Positions 38,680-54,052 of a stretch of DNA of 64,000 nt are shown here, piece by piece (the first letter of the stretch is position 1; each line of letters opens with the position of its first letter). Under the pieces are notes generated by a model. The model was not told the origin of the DNA, did not search any database, and worked only from the letters and a program-made list of their open reading frames with translations. The translations under genes and the position numbers were made by a program. The stretch comes from Eledone cirrhosa (Eukaryota). The DNA lies in assembly GCA_964016885.1 (NCBI GenBank), contig OZ024745.1, positions 53,878,001 to 53,942,000 on the forward strand, in the 5' to 3' direction.

Positions 38680-38860
38680 TGATATTAGTGTTCCCTTATC
38701 AGATTTGCAATTTGGGAATGGCGCAACGGTTGTAGAATTGTCCATGTTTATTACATGCCACGTAACACCAAAGGCACATATGTCCACGTTCTTGATAAGA
38801 TAGTTGAGCAATACCCAAACGTTGCTTTCATATAAGGGCAATTTCCAAACTTGCATTTAT
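38680..38860 (-). mobile_element. Possible decayed LINE APE fragment
   Basis: VDICAFGVTW resembles the D...ETW motif. Confidence 0.3.
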
Positions 38861-39824
38861 TTCGTCATTGTATATCAAGTATTCCTTTATATACCCAGTG
38901 GATTCTAACTGATTCTTTTATCAAAGTAAAGCTGCAAGTGTTGTCGGAGTTGTTAATATGTTTCAGAATTTTGATCATGCCGTTGGATGGTTTTTTTTAT
39001 AGGGGAGAACAACTATACATGTTGTATTTTCAAATCAAGTTTATAAATTCAATCAACAATGAATTTAATATGTTAATACCCAGGAAACATATTCATCCAA
39101 AAACTGTTTTAAACAGAACAAAACTTTATTTTTTGTTACGTTTGAACCTTTTCACCGAAGTGGCTCGTTTCAGACGTGATGACAATTCAAGAAGTTACAC
39201 GAAAATGGGAGAAGAATGAACAGACAAGCATACCAGACAAACAGTTAAAATACCTACAACAATTACGACAATAAAAACAACATTCACGCCATCAACAACA
39301 AAACAAAATATATATATAAAGTGAGAAAGTAGTCGTCCATTGACTGTACATTCAGTGAAAGAAGCACTTTCTCTCTAAAAGTGCCAATCCCATTCAGATT
39401 CAGCATATTAAAAGTTTAATTGTACTTGGTTGCTTGCTCACTCTGGTGCTATTTATCTTGCCGTTCCTTTCCTTTCACTCACTTTCACTTTCTATGTATC
39501 TCTCTTTCCACTTACTTTTTGTTCATTCTTTCCTTATTCACCACCATTTTCTACACATTTCCTCCCCCTGTTTCTAACCAGTTTCTTATTTTTACACCAT
39601 TTACTCATGTCTTGTCTGTCTCTCAGTATTGTTGTTTTTACTCTTGTATTCATTTTTTGGTACACCTCTTTTCACTGTGTGTGTGTGTGTGTGTGTCTGT
39701 CAGTCTGCCTGTCTGTATGTATGTATATATATTTATATGAATGTATGCTTGCAGGTATGCATATATGTATCTATCTCTCTGTCTGTATGACTTTCTGTCT
39801 GACTGTCTATCTATCTATCTATCA

Positions 39825-39941
<117 letters not shown>

Positions 39942-40124
39942 GATACAAAAAAGAGTTCCTCCACCACTATATCTACACAGTTGTTCAAACCTATAGAAAT
40001 AGCAGCCAAATTTCCATTATATCACACTCTACTGCGACATATTGTATGGTCCAAACCTCTTCAATGGCGCCTTTAACAACTGCAGATGGTTAGTTACCCT
40101 TGACTGGTATTGTCTCCATTCAGA

Positions 40125-41400
40125 ATCATTGGATAGAACACTTCTCTGAGCTCTTTAACAGGTCTTCTAATGTCAACATAAACATTATTTAATCAATGAA
40201 AAGCTAGACAATTGTAGATGAAATGGCATCAGAACCATCTAGAAATGACATTGTTTCTGCTGAACAGAAATTAAATAGCAATAAATCTTCTGGTCTGGAT
40301 GGTATTAATGTTGAGTTCTCAAGCATTGAGGTGAGACAAAGTAGAACATTTACACACAATAATATCTCATTGATAGAGGAAGGGAGAGGTACCGCAAGAC
40401 TGGGTTGAGGCTATGTTACACTCCCATTTCAAAATCAGGTGCCAAAGACCAATATAGTAATTTTAGGGGCATTTCCCTATTGTCTGTTGTCGTATTGAAC
40501 AGAACTTCGACCTCTACCATTGTTTTTGATCTCAGTAAGGCATTTGATACTGTTAATAAGAATGCATTGTGGCTGGTTTGTACATATATTGAAAGCTTTT
40601 CGTAAAGAAAGAGATGGGGGAACACTCGCTGAGTCTTTTGCAGTGGAAAGGGATGTGAAACAAGGAGATTTTGATGCACCTACTTTCTTTGCAATATATT
40701 TTGTTGCCATACTCTATCATGCTTTCCAAAACAAAAGTGAAGGGGTATATGAAGATATCGTTCTACAGAAAATGTCTTTCATTTAACAAGGAAGAAATTT
40801 AAGCGCAAAGTATTCGCTTCACTAATATGACATCTACTGTTTGTTGATGACTGTGACTATGTCAGTCATACTGAGCATAGATTGCAGTCGTTGATTTCTG
40901 CATTTGATTTGGCATGTGATATCTTTTGTTTGGTTGTAAATTAAAAGAAAACGGTTAGTTTTATGTCAACCTACACCTAGTCAAGTTGTACAGCAACCTA
41001 AAATATGTGAAAGGTAATCTTAAGGTTGTTGAATGCTTCATTTACCTTGGAAGTGCAATGAATAAAGATGGAACATTGGATTCAGAAATATATTTAAGAA
41101 TTCAAAAGTCAGCAAAATGTTTTGGAAGTTTAGAGTCTCGGGTCTGGTCACAAAGTCTCTTTTCTCCTACTGACTCAGAACATACCAGTTTTCCCTTATC
41201 AATGCCACATATGCCACTATATCTGCAACGCCCATGGAGGTCAGAAGGGACATTTCAAAGTTCATCAAGAGCAGATACTGCAGGCAGTTCAAATTGCATT
41301 AAAATTAATGTGCAACTTGTGTGGACGTCTTTTTAAAATTTTGCCTGGTCTAAAAACCCACATATGATCTAAAGCCAGAACTGATCATTTTGTACGCTGA
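40125..41400 (+). mobile_element. Old RTE/BovB-like LINE remnant
   Basis: KSSGLDGI, NFRGISLLSV, FDLSKAFDTV, VKQGDFDAP, LLFVDD, FIYLGS and a terminal C2H2-like CATC...GLKTH; many indels. Confidence 0.88.
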
Positions 41401-41444
41401 AGTGGTCAAGTTTTGTATTGAGCAGACAATCAATATATATATAT

Positions 41445-41612
41445 ATTGTTATACTTGGGGAGGGTCATATTGTTGTAATAATATTGCCAGAAATAATAAC
41501 GGAACACACTCACTGTTTGGTTGGTTTTCGCTTCTGTATCTTTTATATCTCCATAGTTAATTCATTTGGCCATCAATGTTTATCACTGACTGACCAACGG
41601 TAAAAAATACAG

Positions 41613-41649
<37 letters not shown>

Positions 41650-42125
41650 AACAAAGTTCTTTCGTTGCGCATCTGCAACATCATCAGTGGTACTATTATG
41701 TTTCCTCCTGTTGTATTGTATGTCTACGCCAGAAAAAATGGCGTAGAAATACAATACAACAGGAGGAACATAATAGTAACACTGATGATGTTGCAGATGT
41801 GCAACGAAAGAAATTTGTTAGTGGAATCTTGGAGCATATTCTACAGTGTATATGGCGCATGTCTCTCCGATATGACACCCTTAATTTAATTTTGGATATA
41901 TGTATTTATATCTGTATTTTTGACTGTTGGTCAGTCAGTGATAAACATTGATGGCCAAATAAATTAACTATGGAGATATAAAAGATACAGTAGCGAAAAC
42001 CAACCAAACAGTGAGTAGTTTCCGTTATTATTTCTGGCAATATTATTACAACAATATGACCCTCCCTAAGTATAACAATATTTGTTTCGACACACGATTT
42101 TATATAAAAAAACTTGCTAAACAAA
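41445..42125. mobile_element. PLE family X fold-back insertion
   Basis: Outer arms ~41445-41619 / 41905-42080; inner arms ~41649-41729 / 41740-41821; CTGATGA-stem-GAAA at 41782-41809 and its mirror. Confidence 0.85.
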
Positions 42126-42251
42126 TTCATCGCCGTTATATATATATATATATATATATAAATATACATAAATATATATATTGTGTGTGTATATATATAT
42201 ACATAAATATACATATTGTGTGTGTATATATATATACATAAATATATATAT

Positions 42252-42305
<54 letters not shown>

Positions 42306-42316
42306 ATATATATATT

Positions 42317-42368
<52 letters not shown>

Positions 42369-42379
42369 AATATATATAT

Positions 42380-42445
<66 letters not shown>

Positions 42446-42505
42446 GTATATATATATAATATATATATACACAATAAATATTGATAATGTTTTTGAAAAA
42501 ACTAA

Positions 42506-42701
42506 TTAACCCGAGTGTATATTATTTTTTTCTTTTCTCGTGTCGTGATTGTCTCCCCTTCCCGCTTTGTGACGCTATGAAACTTCCTCAGTCAAAAACT
42601 GCTGGAATTTCAAATTTGGCGGTCATTCGATGCGTGAAGGGGCAGCTTAGCGGACACGATTTTTAACTGCGGTGAGAATTTTTTCTTATTTCAAAGGTTA
42701 A
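42506..42701. mobile_element. Possible TTAA-flanked MITE
   Basis: TTAACC...GGTTAA ends around a more GC-rich interior. Confidence 0.35.
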
Positions 42702-43014
42702 TGGGCTTCCACTGAAGATTTATAAGATCCCACCTAAATATATTCTTACATGAATATATGTTAGGCTTCTACATAAACTGGAAACATTCTCCCAACTTGT
42801 AGAAAACTTATAATGAAACAATTGTTTGGAAAGAGAGATATATTTTAACTTTAATTATATCTCATAAAATAATACAACTAGCTTTCCACAAAATACATAT
42901 AGTTAGCACCCCAAACACTTAAATTGGGTTATACTAACATATAACCTAATGTTTGTTGAGTGAGATGGTTACCAGTCGGAGTTTAGCGTTAAGCTATCTC
43001 TGTTATTGTATTAA

Positions 43015-43091
<77 letters not shown>

Positions 43092-43249
43092 AGGAGGTTA
43101 TAGTTCACTTGAAGCATTGTGTAATGAGGTATAAACGTTAGAATATGTGTAATAAGGCCAAGACAATGCAGATATGGACATAGAAAAAAGAATGCAATAG
43201 TGAAAGATATTGATGAGAATTCGTCTTTCACCTTGAATTTATTTAAATG

Positions 43250-43287
43250 TCCTTAATTTTCGAGATAATATCTCTTCTTCGGAGGGA
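43250..43287 (-). ncRNA. Minimal HHR variant in pLTR
   Basis: CCCT-CCGAAGA-A-GAGAT-ATT-ATCTC-GAAA-AT-TA-AGG (U4 to C); the homolog at ~11308-11345 has lost G12. Confidence 0.6.
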
Positions 43288-43667
43288 AGTAAAAGTCTCA
43301 GACCAGCGTCTAAATTTCCAATGAAGCCATGCTGACCGGAAATAGTATAGAGTTCTAACTTTAATATCAAAGAATTAAAATTAGGTGGGTAAAGAGTAGT
43401 CTCCCTTTAAGAGGGGTTTGTTTATGTTTTTGTTGTGTTTTTTTAAATTTTATATGCGTGCCTGTATATGTGTGTGGGAGAAAGCATGAAGGTGTAGGTA
43501 TGTGGGTGTGTGTGTGTGAGTGTGGGAAGATAGGTCTAATCGTAAAAGTGGGGGGTAGGTGTTATCTGGTGTTAGAACTGGTTTTGTGTGTGTATGTGTG
43601 AGAGAGAATAAGTGGAGGTGTGCGCGTGCGTGTGTGTGGGGTGTGTAAAGTGGGGCTAGAGGCCCTA

Positions 43668-45193
43668 TCAGGTTATAAATTGGGTGTTGAGCTCTAGTCT
43701 ATTATTGATTGGTGGATGTGTTCTATCTATAATGAGTGCTTCCTTGATTCTAAGATTGCCGAGGTTTCTTTCCTTAGTTTCTATCCTAACTGTTATGTTT
43801 TTATCAGTGTTTTTGCATTTAACTAGGTGTTTCTTAAATGAGGAAGCGTTAGTATTGAGGTGTTCTTTTATTCTTATGTGGAGTGGTCTGGTGGTGCTAC
43901 CTACGTAGAAGTTGTTGCATTTGTCACACTCTAGTCTGTAAACTACGTAAGCCTGGTGGCATAGGTCTGTGTCGTTGATGGGGCAGTTGGCTAGTCTGCA
44001 GCAGTTGTCATGTCTGGTGGAGTGTCTCTTAGCTAGCCGTCCACGCAAAGAAGGACCCGAATGGGCCAGTTGAATATCCAGACCTTCTCGTCTGATGGCT
44101 CTGCGGATGGCTGTTGTTGTTTCTTCACTGAAGTGTGGGAGCTTCAGGAAGCAAGTGTTAGTGCCTCGGGTGTGGTGTCCTCTGTTCTTTCTGGCACGGT
44201 TTGTGGTGGATGTCGTGTATCCGTTCAGTTTGAGTACTTCCAGGAAATGTGTGGTGTGTGTGTCTCGGTCTCTGGCGTCGGTGCATTTGTTCTTGATACG
44301 TGCCAGTTCGTTCTTTATGTATCCGAACTTGGCACCGAGTGGGAGGGCCGATCTGAAATGTACGAACAGGTCCCTGCTGGCGGCTTTTTTATAGAAGCAG
44401 GTGTGGATGTTGCCTTCCTCTGTTACCCTGAGTTGGAAGTCCAGCAGGGATAGGGATCCGCGGTCATCGGGGTGTTCTATGCTGAACTTTATACTGGCGT
44501 CCATGCTGGAGAATGTTGTGTATATTTTCTCTGCCTCCTCACGGGATGATGTAAGGATGAGTATGTCATCTACATATCGGGTGAAGAAGGCATGGGAATG
44601 GCAGGTGTTGAGGGCTCGGCATTCTAGTTGGTTCATGTAAGTGATGGCCAGCAGGCCAGAGAGGCTGGATCCCATGGGTAATCCTGTTGTCTGTCTGTAT
44701 GTGTGGTGGTGGAAGGTGAAGTACGTGTTGTCGACTGTGAAGGACAAAAGTTGGTGTATGTCCGTCGGGTGGAGGCCGTAGCAGTGGATGTTCTCTGCGA
44801 CCACGCAGTCCGTCAGTAAATCGACAGCTGGGTGAGCGGGGACTGTAGTGTAGAGGGAGACAACGTCGAGGCTAAAAGCGTATTTATTAAGTTTAAGTTG
44901 TTCTGGCTGGAGTTGGTGTAATCTACGTATAACTTCGTCGGAGCTACTGACATGTCCGGGGAAGGTGGAGAGTAGAGGCTTGAGGACCTGGGAGAGAAGC
45001 CAGGAAATTTTGTATAGGGGTCCTTCTATGCTAGAGACGATGGGTCTTATATGCGTCTTAGTGCTATTCTTGTGGGTCTTGATGAGGTGGTAGAAAGTGG
45101 GCAGTCTGCTATTTCTAGTGGTGTAGTTGAGTTTAATTTTATTCGGGAGTTGTCTTCTCCTACAGATATCGAACCAAATGGAGTTGGTCTGTT

Positions 45194-45197
<4 letters not shown>
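43668..45197 (-). CDS. Uninterrupted but 5'-truncated PLE RT + GIY-YIG reading frame
   Basis: By my reading the frame is open from 45197 (EKQTNSIWF...) through [24 protein letters not shown]...YVG to the stop at 43668; no native start codon. Confidence 0.85.
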
Positions 45198-45278
<81 letters not shown>

Positions 45279-45287
45279 ATATACACA

Positions 45288-45318
<31 letters not shown>

Positions 45319-45321
45319 CAT

Positions 45322-45497
<176 letters not shown>

Positions 45498-45566
45498 TAT
45501 ACATATATATATATACATATATACATATATATTTATACATATATATATATATACATATATATATAT

Positions 45567-45637
<71 letters not shown>

Positions 45638-45658
45638 TATATATACATATATATATAC

Positions 45659-45696
<38 letters not shown>

Positions 45697-45704
45697 GCAG
45701 AGGT

Positions 45705-45966
45705 TATATTTAATTTGTTGGGATTCAGCAAGCTTAAACATTTTTATAACTGATATAAAGCACTCAACAGATTAGTGGAGTAAATATTCAATATATTAAT
45801 AAAGGGAAACTAAATTGATAAAACCATAATTATTTTTGTAATAATTATGGTTTTATAAATATAGTTTCCATTTATTAATATATTGAATATTTACTCCACT
45901 AAACTGTTGAGTGCTTTATAACAGTTATAAAAATTTTTAAGCTTGTTGAATCCCAACAAATTAAAA

Positions 45967-45970
<4 letters not shown>
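45705..45970. repeat. ~265-bp fold-back element in (TA)n
   Basis: ~128-bp imperfect arms centred near 45837; the right arm is homologous to 58000-58130. Confidence 0.88.
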
Positions 45971-46026
<56 letters not shown>

Positions 46027-46071
46027 TATGTGTAAGATAATAAAAGAATAAAAGAAAAAAAGAATAAAAGA

Positions 46072-46140
<69 letters not shown>

Positions 46141-46164
46141 ATATATATATAATATATATATATA

Positions 46165-47352
46165 GTTTAGCGAGGTTTTTTATATGAAATCGTGTGTCGA
46201 AACAAATATTGTTATACTTGGGGAGGGTCATATTTGTGTAATATTGCAAGAATTAATAATAGAACACACTCACTGTTTGGTTGGTTTTCGCTTCTCGCTG
46301 TCTTTTATATCTGCAATCTAGCTTACTCGGTCCTCAATGTTGCCATTGACTGACCGACGGTCAAAAATAATACAGATACAATATAGACACAAACACATAT
46401 ATATAGTTTACATAATTTACATAAATCTTTCGTTGCACATCTGCAACATCGTCAGTGGTGTTATATTTTCCTCCTGTTGTGTTGTATGTCTACGCCATTT
46501 TTTATTCAGTCTGTCTATATATTTGTTTATTTATTTGCTTGTTTGTTTATTTTATTTTGTCTTCTTTGCGCATGCGTTTGCGTGTGTGTATAGTGTTATG
46601 TTGGCTGTGTGACTAGTGTGTATAGTGTTATGTTTGCTGGGTGACTAGTGTGTGTTTATGTGCTTGTTGTTATTGTGCTTGTGTATGTATTTATTCATCT
46701 TATTTTATTTACTTATTTATACTTCTCTTAGGTCAGTGTTGTTTGTTTGGGTGTTGTTGTTATTCCACTCATTCTTTCTGTTTAGCTTGAAAGAATGAGT
46801 GGAATAACAACAACACCCAAACAAACAACACTGACCTAAGAGAAGTATAAATAAGTAAATAAAATAAGATAAATAAATACATACACAAGCACAATAACAA
46901 CAAGCACATAAACACACACTACTCACCCAGCAAACATAACACTATACACACTAGTCACACAGCCAACATAACACTATACACACACGCAAACGCATGCGCA
47001 AAGAAGACAAAATAAAATAAACAAACAAGCAAATAAATAAACAAATATATAGACAGACTGAATAAAAAATGGCGTAGACATACAACACAACAGGAGGAAA
47101 ATATAACACCACTGACGATGTTGCAGATGTGCAACGAAAGATTTATGTAAATTATGTAAACTATATATATGTGTTTGTGTCTATATTGTATCTGTATTAT
47201 TTTTGACCGTCGGTCAGTCAATGGCAACATTGAGGACCGAGTAAGCTAGATTGCAGATATAAAAGACAGCGAGAAGCGAAAACCAACCAAACAGTGAGTG
47301 TGTTCTGTTATTAATTCTGGCAATATTACACAAATATGACCCTCCCCAAGTA

Positions 47353-47356
<4 letters not shown>
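46165..47356. mobile_element. PLE family X palindrome (~1.15 kb)
   Basis: Arms 46211-46778 / 46789-47356 with a 10-nt loop; identical mirror ORFs 46337..46612(+) and 46955..47230(-); CTGACGA-stem-GAAA at 47112-47139 and mirror. Confidence 0.95.
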
Positions 47357-47447
<91 letters not shown>

Positions 47448-47808
47448 GGTGGCTGCCAACCGATGCGCTGAACGAGTGTGACTTTTTAGTCCAATCAGCG
47501 ACTTGAAAACTCTGGTACAAACACTACACTTGGGACAAATATTGACACATAGTGCTGGGCCCATGATACCATGTGATGACAAGTGCAGAGAGATCTCCAG
47601 ATATAAAAAAATGCCTGTGCCGTGAAGCTTTTATAGTGAGCAAAGGCACTGCACAAAGCCAGTCCCACTCTCTTAACCAAGATGATATTTACCAAAAAGA
47701 AGAACAAGTCAACATCATTGGATACCATCAGAGTTGCAGGTGTTATATCAGAGTTTTCCTTCTCCTAGAATTCTGCCTTGACAAAGGCTAAGGGGTCATC
47801 TCTCCCGG
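47448..47808 (-). mobile_element. RTE-type LINE 3' end with C2H2 finger
   Basis: [22 protein letters not shown]; bounded by (TA)n. Confidence 0.65.
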
Positions 47809-47889
<81 letters not shown>

Positions 47890-47890
47890 C

Positions 47891-47937
<47 letters not shown>

Positions 47938-47940
47938 CAT

Positions 47941-48017
<77 letters not shown>

Positions 48018-48125
48018 CATATATATATATACATATATATACATACATCTATATACATATATATACATATATATATAATTATAAAATGTGGAGAAGGAAC
48101 ACACGAGTTGGAATATATATATATA

Positions 48126-49080
<955 letters not shown>

Positions 49081-49086
49081 CACACA

Positions 49087-49117
<31 letters not shown>

Positions 49118-49223
49118 GAGAGAGAGTAACACAGTATTTGCTCATTGCAAGCACCTTTCAAACAGTTTCGGTCAACCAGATTTCTCTCGCAAGATCTGGG
49201 TAAATAAAGAATACCTGCTTAGG

Positions 49224-49410
49224 ATAACTGTTTCTACTTTTGGCACAAGACCAGCAATTACCAGTGCATTACTGGTACTTTATTTTATCGACCCCGTAAG
49301 GATGGAAGGCAAGGTTAACCTTGGTGGCATTGGAACTCAGAATGGGAAGGGCCGTAATTCTATGCGTCAAAGCATGGCGTCCGACCCTCTACCGATATTG
49401 CCAATCCACC
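49224..49410 (-). mobile_element. Meta-like SINE copy
   Basis: Reverse complement of 27940-28130. Confidence 0.85.
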
Positions 49411-49761
49411 AGGAGTCTCATGCGAAGCGAACTTTCAAGCTATTCGGACGTGCGGCCTCCTTATTAAAGGCACAACTGCTTGCGAAATAGCCACTCTATG
49501 CTATAATTCAATGAGTAGGCAGTTCGATTGATCGAACAAATGGAGTTCTCATTGTCGAAACCAACTGAGATCCATTTAGCTTCTACTTATCTATTTCCTG
49601 CTCACTTTCTATTTCTTCCTTCCTTTCTAATTATCCACAGTTTTTAATACGTGGCTGTCTGCCTAAGCTACTCACCTTTTTCCCCCTATTAATTTATATC
49701 TTCTTTTCAAACTTTAGCTTATTCTTTCTTCCTTCTAGTATTCACTTCCTCCGTCTTTATG

Positions 49762-49876
<115 letters not shown>

Positions 49877-50457
49877 TATACACCACAACTTTGTCCTGAA
49901 GTAGGAGACAGAATCCATTTCATGTCAAGAGTAATTATGTTTTTTACATTAAGAGCTCCCCCTGTAGTGAATCACTGGTTGATATATATTTCTTCTTTTG
50001 TTCTGAAAATATATTCAACAACAAAGAGATAGTTATCACTTTGACACACTATAAACGCCTTACTATGTAACCAGAAAAAACTACGAGTGGAACACTCACA
50101 GAGTTTCTTGAGCAACGAGATATAGCGGTCAAATTCTATCAAAGTGAAACCACCTTATGTCAAAACAGTATATCGTTACCTCCACTTGTCTTACACATAC
50201 GAGTTATTGTCATTGAAGCTGTTTACTGAGAGGAAAGTGCTGATCGAGCAAACCTATGATGAATGACTTTCTTCACGTGACTTCTTAGTCTTTTTGAAGT
50301 GTATGTATATAAAACTACGCTAGCTAATGTGTCCTTTCTTTATTAAAGATGATTGTTGTGATATGGTGAAAATGTGATGGCAAACTCTAGTAAGTCAAAC
50401 AATCACTCAGAGGAACCCTAAGTATAATCCACACGCGAATTTGATGCTTTATATCAT

Positions 50458-50501
<44 letters not shown>

Positions 50502-50524
50502 TGTTTATATATATCTATATATAT

Positions 50525-51290
50525 CAACGATTGTATCGGCGCTACATCTCCTTTCTTTCCTTCGACCAGTCTTTTTCACCCTGTCCTCTCCTTCACCACC
50601 TCCGTCCCCTATTCTTCCGTCCAATTTCTCGACATCTCTCTCTATCGACCATACTCACCACAACCACTCTACCTCCATATTCTTCAAACCTACAGACTCC
50701 CACTCCTATTTTAAATTCACCTACTCCCATCCTACCTACACCAAATGCTCTATACCCTATTCCAAATTCTTGAGTCTTCGTCGGCTTTGCATCCAGGACC
50801 ATGACTTTGAGTTCTATTCTCACCGCATCGTTTCTCGCTTCATCCAGCGTGAATACCCTCCCACCTCGATCCAAGCTGCCCTTATCCACGCCTGTGATAC
50901 TAACCGCATAACAGTCCTCATACCCCACGACCGCTTCCTCAACACCCACCTTCTTTTCCAACTCACCTACCACGTCGCTACCATACTCCTGCGGCGCCGT
51001 ATCCTTCTTTGCTTCCGAACCCTCATTTCTGATCCCGTCACTCCTCGCTTCTTTCCTAACCCACCCACCACCGCCTTTAATTGCGCCTGTAACTGCCGTG
51101 ATCTTCTTGTGCACATTTACTCTTCTTCTTTCCTCTAAGCCTCTAATTGGTTCCCATCCCTGCTCTCGCCCTCACTATAATACCTGTCTCTACATCACTT
51201 TCGAAATATTATTTTCGCAATCACCAATCCTTCATCTGCACCTCTACCAACGTCGACTATGTCCTAATATGTAAGACGTCGCATAAATTT
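50525..51290 (+). mobile_element. Decayed PLE fragment (Neptune-like RT C-terminus/linker/start of EN)
   Basis: FLDISL, FFKPTDSHSY...SHP...SIPYSKFLSLRRLC, LTYH, NCRDLLVH, SHPCSRP...TC, ICTSTNVDYVLIC. Confidence 0.85.
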
Positions 51291-51538
51291 ATTTGCAGTA
51301 TTTAGTAGCGGTCCTTTATGCTCTGGATTCAAATCTTGTCAAAATCGACTCTGCCTTTCGTCATTTTATTGGTCAATAAAATAAAGTTTCCCGTTAAGTA
51401 CTGAGTCGATTTCATTGACTTTTTCTTAAAAAAAAAAATAATGAGTTTGTGCCTTTGTAAATAATTAGTTAGGAAATACTATGCGTACAACATTCAGGAA
51501 ATGACCCCTTAGCTTATTGTTTCTTCTATTCAGCTGAA

Positions 51539-51767
51539 TTAACCCTTTAGCATTCACATTACTCTATATTTACTGTTGCATTTTCATTTAAAACACTTTA
51601 TTTCACATAATTATTTCACATAATATCGAATCTATGAGATTTTGATGTGATTTATTTTGAGAACAATACCTTAACCTAAGTATGAACGGTTAGTTATGGC
51701 TGGTTTAAACAGAAGGAGGTGAGAGAATTCTGGCCGGATATGGCCGGTTTAAATGCTAAAAGGTTAA
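51539..51767. mobile_element. TTAA-flanked piggyBac-like MITE
   Basis: TTAA-CCCTTTAGCATT...AATGCTAAAAGG-TTAA. Confidence 0.8.
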
Positions 51768-52078
51768 CCTTAACTGGGAAGTAATCTAGGATATTTATAT
51801 GTATAACATATGGGAGCAGTAATCTAATGTGGTGCGCCGTTGGACAATAATGAGTTCGTAAAGATTAGTTTGTGTTGTAACTTTGAGGAGTTTGTGTGAG
51901 CTGGAAGAATATTGTACAAGACTAATCTTTCATGTGTAGTCGTCAGGCTGCAATAAAAGAAGGTTAAACTGTCATGTTTGAAATAAGAAAAATGTATATA
52001 GATTTGCAAAGACGAGGAAAAGTATGTTCAAAACCAAAGTAGAGTATAATGTCTATTTATTACATTAACATATTACAC

Positions 52079-52139
52079 TCTGTTGCTACTCTGAGTTTCG
52101 AGAACAGCGTGCAGTCGCGAAACTCAGAGCAGTAACAGA
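52079..52139. repeat. Short hairpin containing an HHR-like 3' half
   Basis: TCTGTTGCTACTCTGAGTTTCG / CGAAACTCAGAGCAGTAACAGA; GAAA-CTC-A-GAG-TA on the minus strand. Confidence 0.55.
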
Positions 52140-52403
52140 ATTATCTCAGTGATATATTCGGTAAATATATATAAATACATATTTATATATATATATGTAT
52201 AGTATCTACATCTTTCTCCCCCCCCTCTCTCTCTCTCTTTATCTATCTGTGTGTGAGTGTGTGTATGAGTGTGAACACTCAGAAAAAAAATATTAATTTA
52301 ATGTTTTATATATATATATATATATTATTCAGTTAATGTTTATATATATATATATATACACATACAAACACACACACTCACACTCACAGACAAACACACA
52401 TGT

Positions 52404-52444
<41 letters not shown>

Positions 52445-52515
52445 GTATAAAATAAATATGAGTCTGTATGTGTATGCATATATGTATACATATGTGTATA
52501 TATATATATGTATGT

Positions 52516-52605
<90 letters not shown>

Positions 52606-52637
52606 ATAAACGTGCTGCGTGGTTGCTAATGGGTTAC

Positions 52638-52760
52638 ATATGAATAAAGTTAGTCCTTCATCAGTAATCTTCCAACCATCATTGGTATTTCATCGCTTGG
52701 TCTTTAAAGCGATGAAATACCAATGATGGTTGGAAGATCACTGATGAAGGACTAACTTTA

Positions 52761-52768
<8 letters not shown>
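52638..52768. repeat. ~130-bp near-perfect hairpin between (TA)n tracts
   Basis: 61-bp arms with an 8-nt loop at 52699-52706. Confidence 0.9.
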
Positions 52769-52804
<36 letters not shown>

Positions 52805-53176
52805 CATGTGTGTGTATGTATTTAGATATATATGTTTGTATGTATACATATATGTGCGTGTGCGTGTGTCTGTAGATATATATATATATAAAAGACAAAG
52901 AAATAGGATGAAAAGTAATGGAACGAATAAGACGAGAGGGCAATAACGGAAGAAATAAGGAAAAGGGAGAGAGCGTGGGGGGAGGGATAAGAAGAGAACG
53001 AAGGAGAAATAGATGAGCGGGAGAGTTACGTAACCCCTCCCCCCAAAAAAATAAAACACACACACACAAAAAAAAAATAAAAAAAAAAATAAGGGGAGAA
53101 GGATAAAGGGAGAAAAACATAAAAAGGACGGAGAAATAGAAAGTAAATACATTGATGGTAACAGGGCAGAAATAAA

Positions 53177-53283
53177 TAATTGTTTCTACTTTTGGCACAA
53201 GGCCAGCAATTATCCCAGTGCATTACTGGTAATTTATTTTATCGACCCCGTAAGGATGAAAGGCAAAGTTAACCTCGGCGGGT
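53177..53283 (-). mobile_element. Meta-like SINE, 5'-truncated
   Basis: Core and tail only; abuts the minisatellite. Confidence 0.85.
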
Positions 53284-53326
53284 TTTCAAATCCATATATA
53301 TATATACACACAAATTTTTCAAATCC

Positions 53327-53357
<31 letters not shown>

Positions 53358-53753
53358 AATTTTCAAATCCATATATATATATAGACAAACAAATTTTTAA
53401 AATCCATATATATATATAGACACACAAATTTTTCAAATCCATATATATATATACACACAAATTTTTCAAATCCATATATATATATAGACACACACATTTT
53501 TCAAATCCATATATATATATAGACACACAAATTTTTCAAATCCATATATATATATATACACACACATTTTTCAAATGCATATATATATACACACAAATTT
53601 TTCAAATCCATATATATATATATATATATACACACAAATTTTTCAAATGCATATATATATATAGACAAACAAAGTTTTCAAATCCATATATATATATATA
53701 TATACACACATTTTTCAAATCCATATATATATATACACACAAATTTTTCAAAT

Positions 53754-53802
<49 letters not shown>

Positions 53803-53991
53803 AATTTTTCAAATGCATATATATATATAGACACACAAATTTTTCAAATCCATATATATATATAGACACACAAATTTTTCAAATCCATATATATATATAT
53901 ATAGACACACAAATTTTTCAAATCCATATATATATATATATACACACACATTTTTCAAATGCATATATATATACACACAAATTTTTCAAAT

Positions 53992-54052
<61 letters not shown>

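Larger units (their letters stand above)
43090..45197 (-). mobile_element. 5'-truncated second copy of the 11.2-14.4 kb PLE family in (TA)n
   Basis: Homologous RT/EN, 3' UTR and pLTR; the pLTR re-enters the ORF start (MLQVNYN). Confidence 0.95.
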
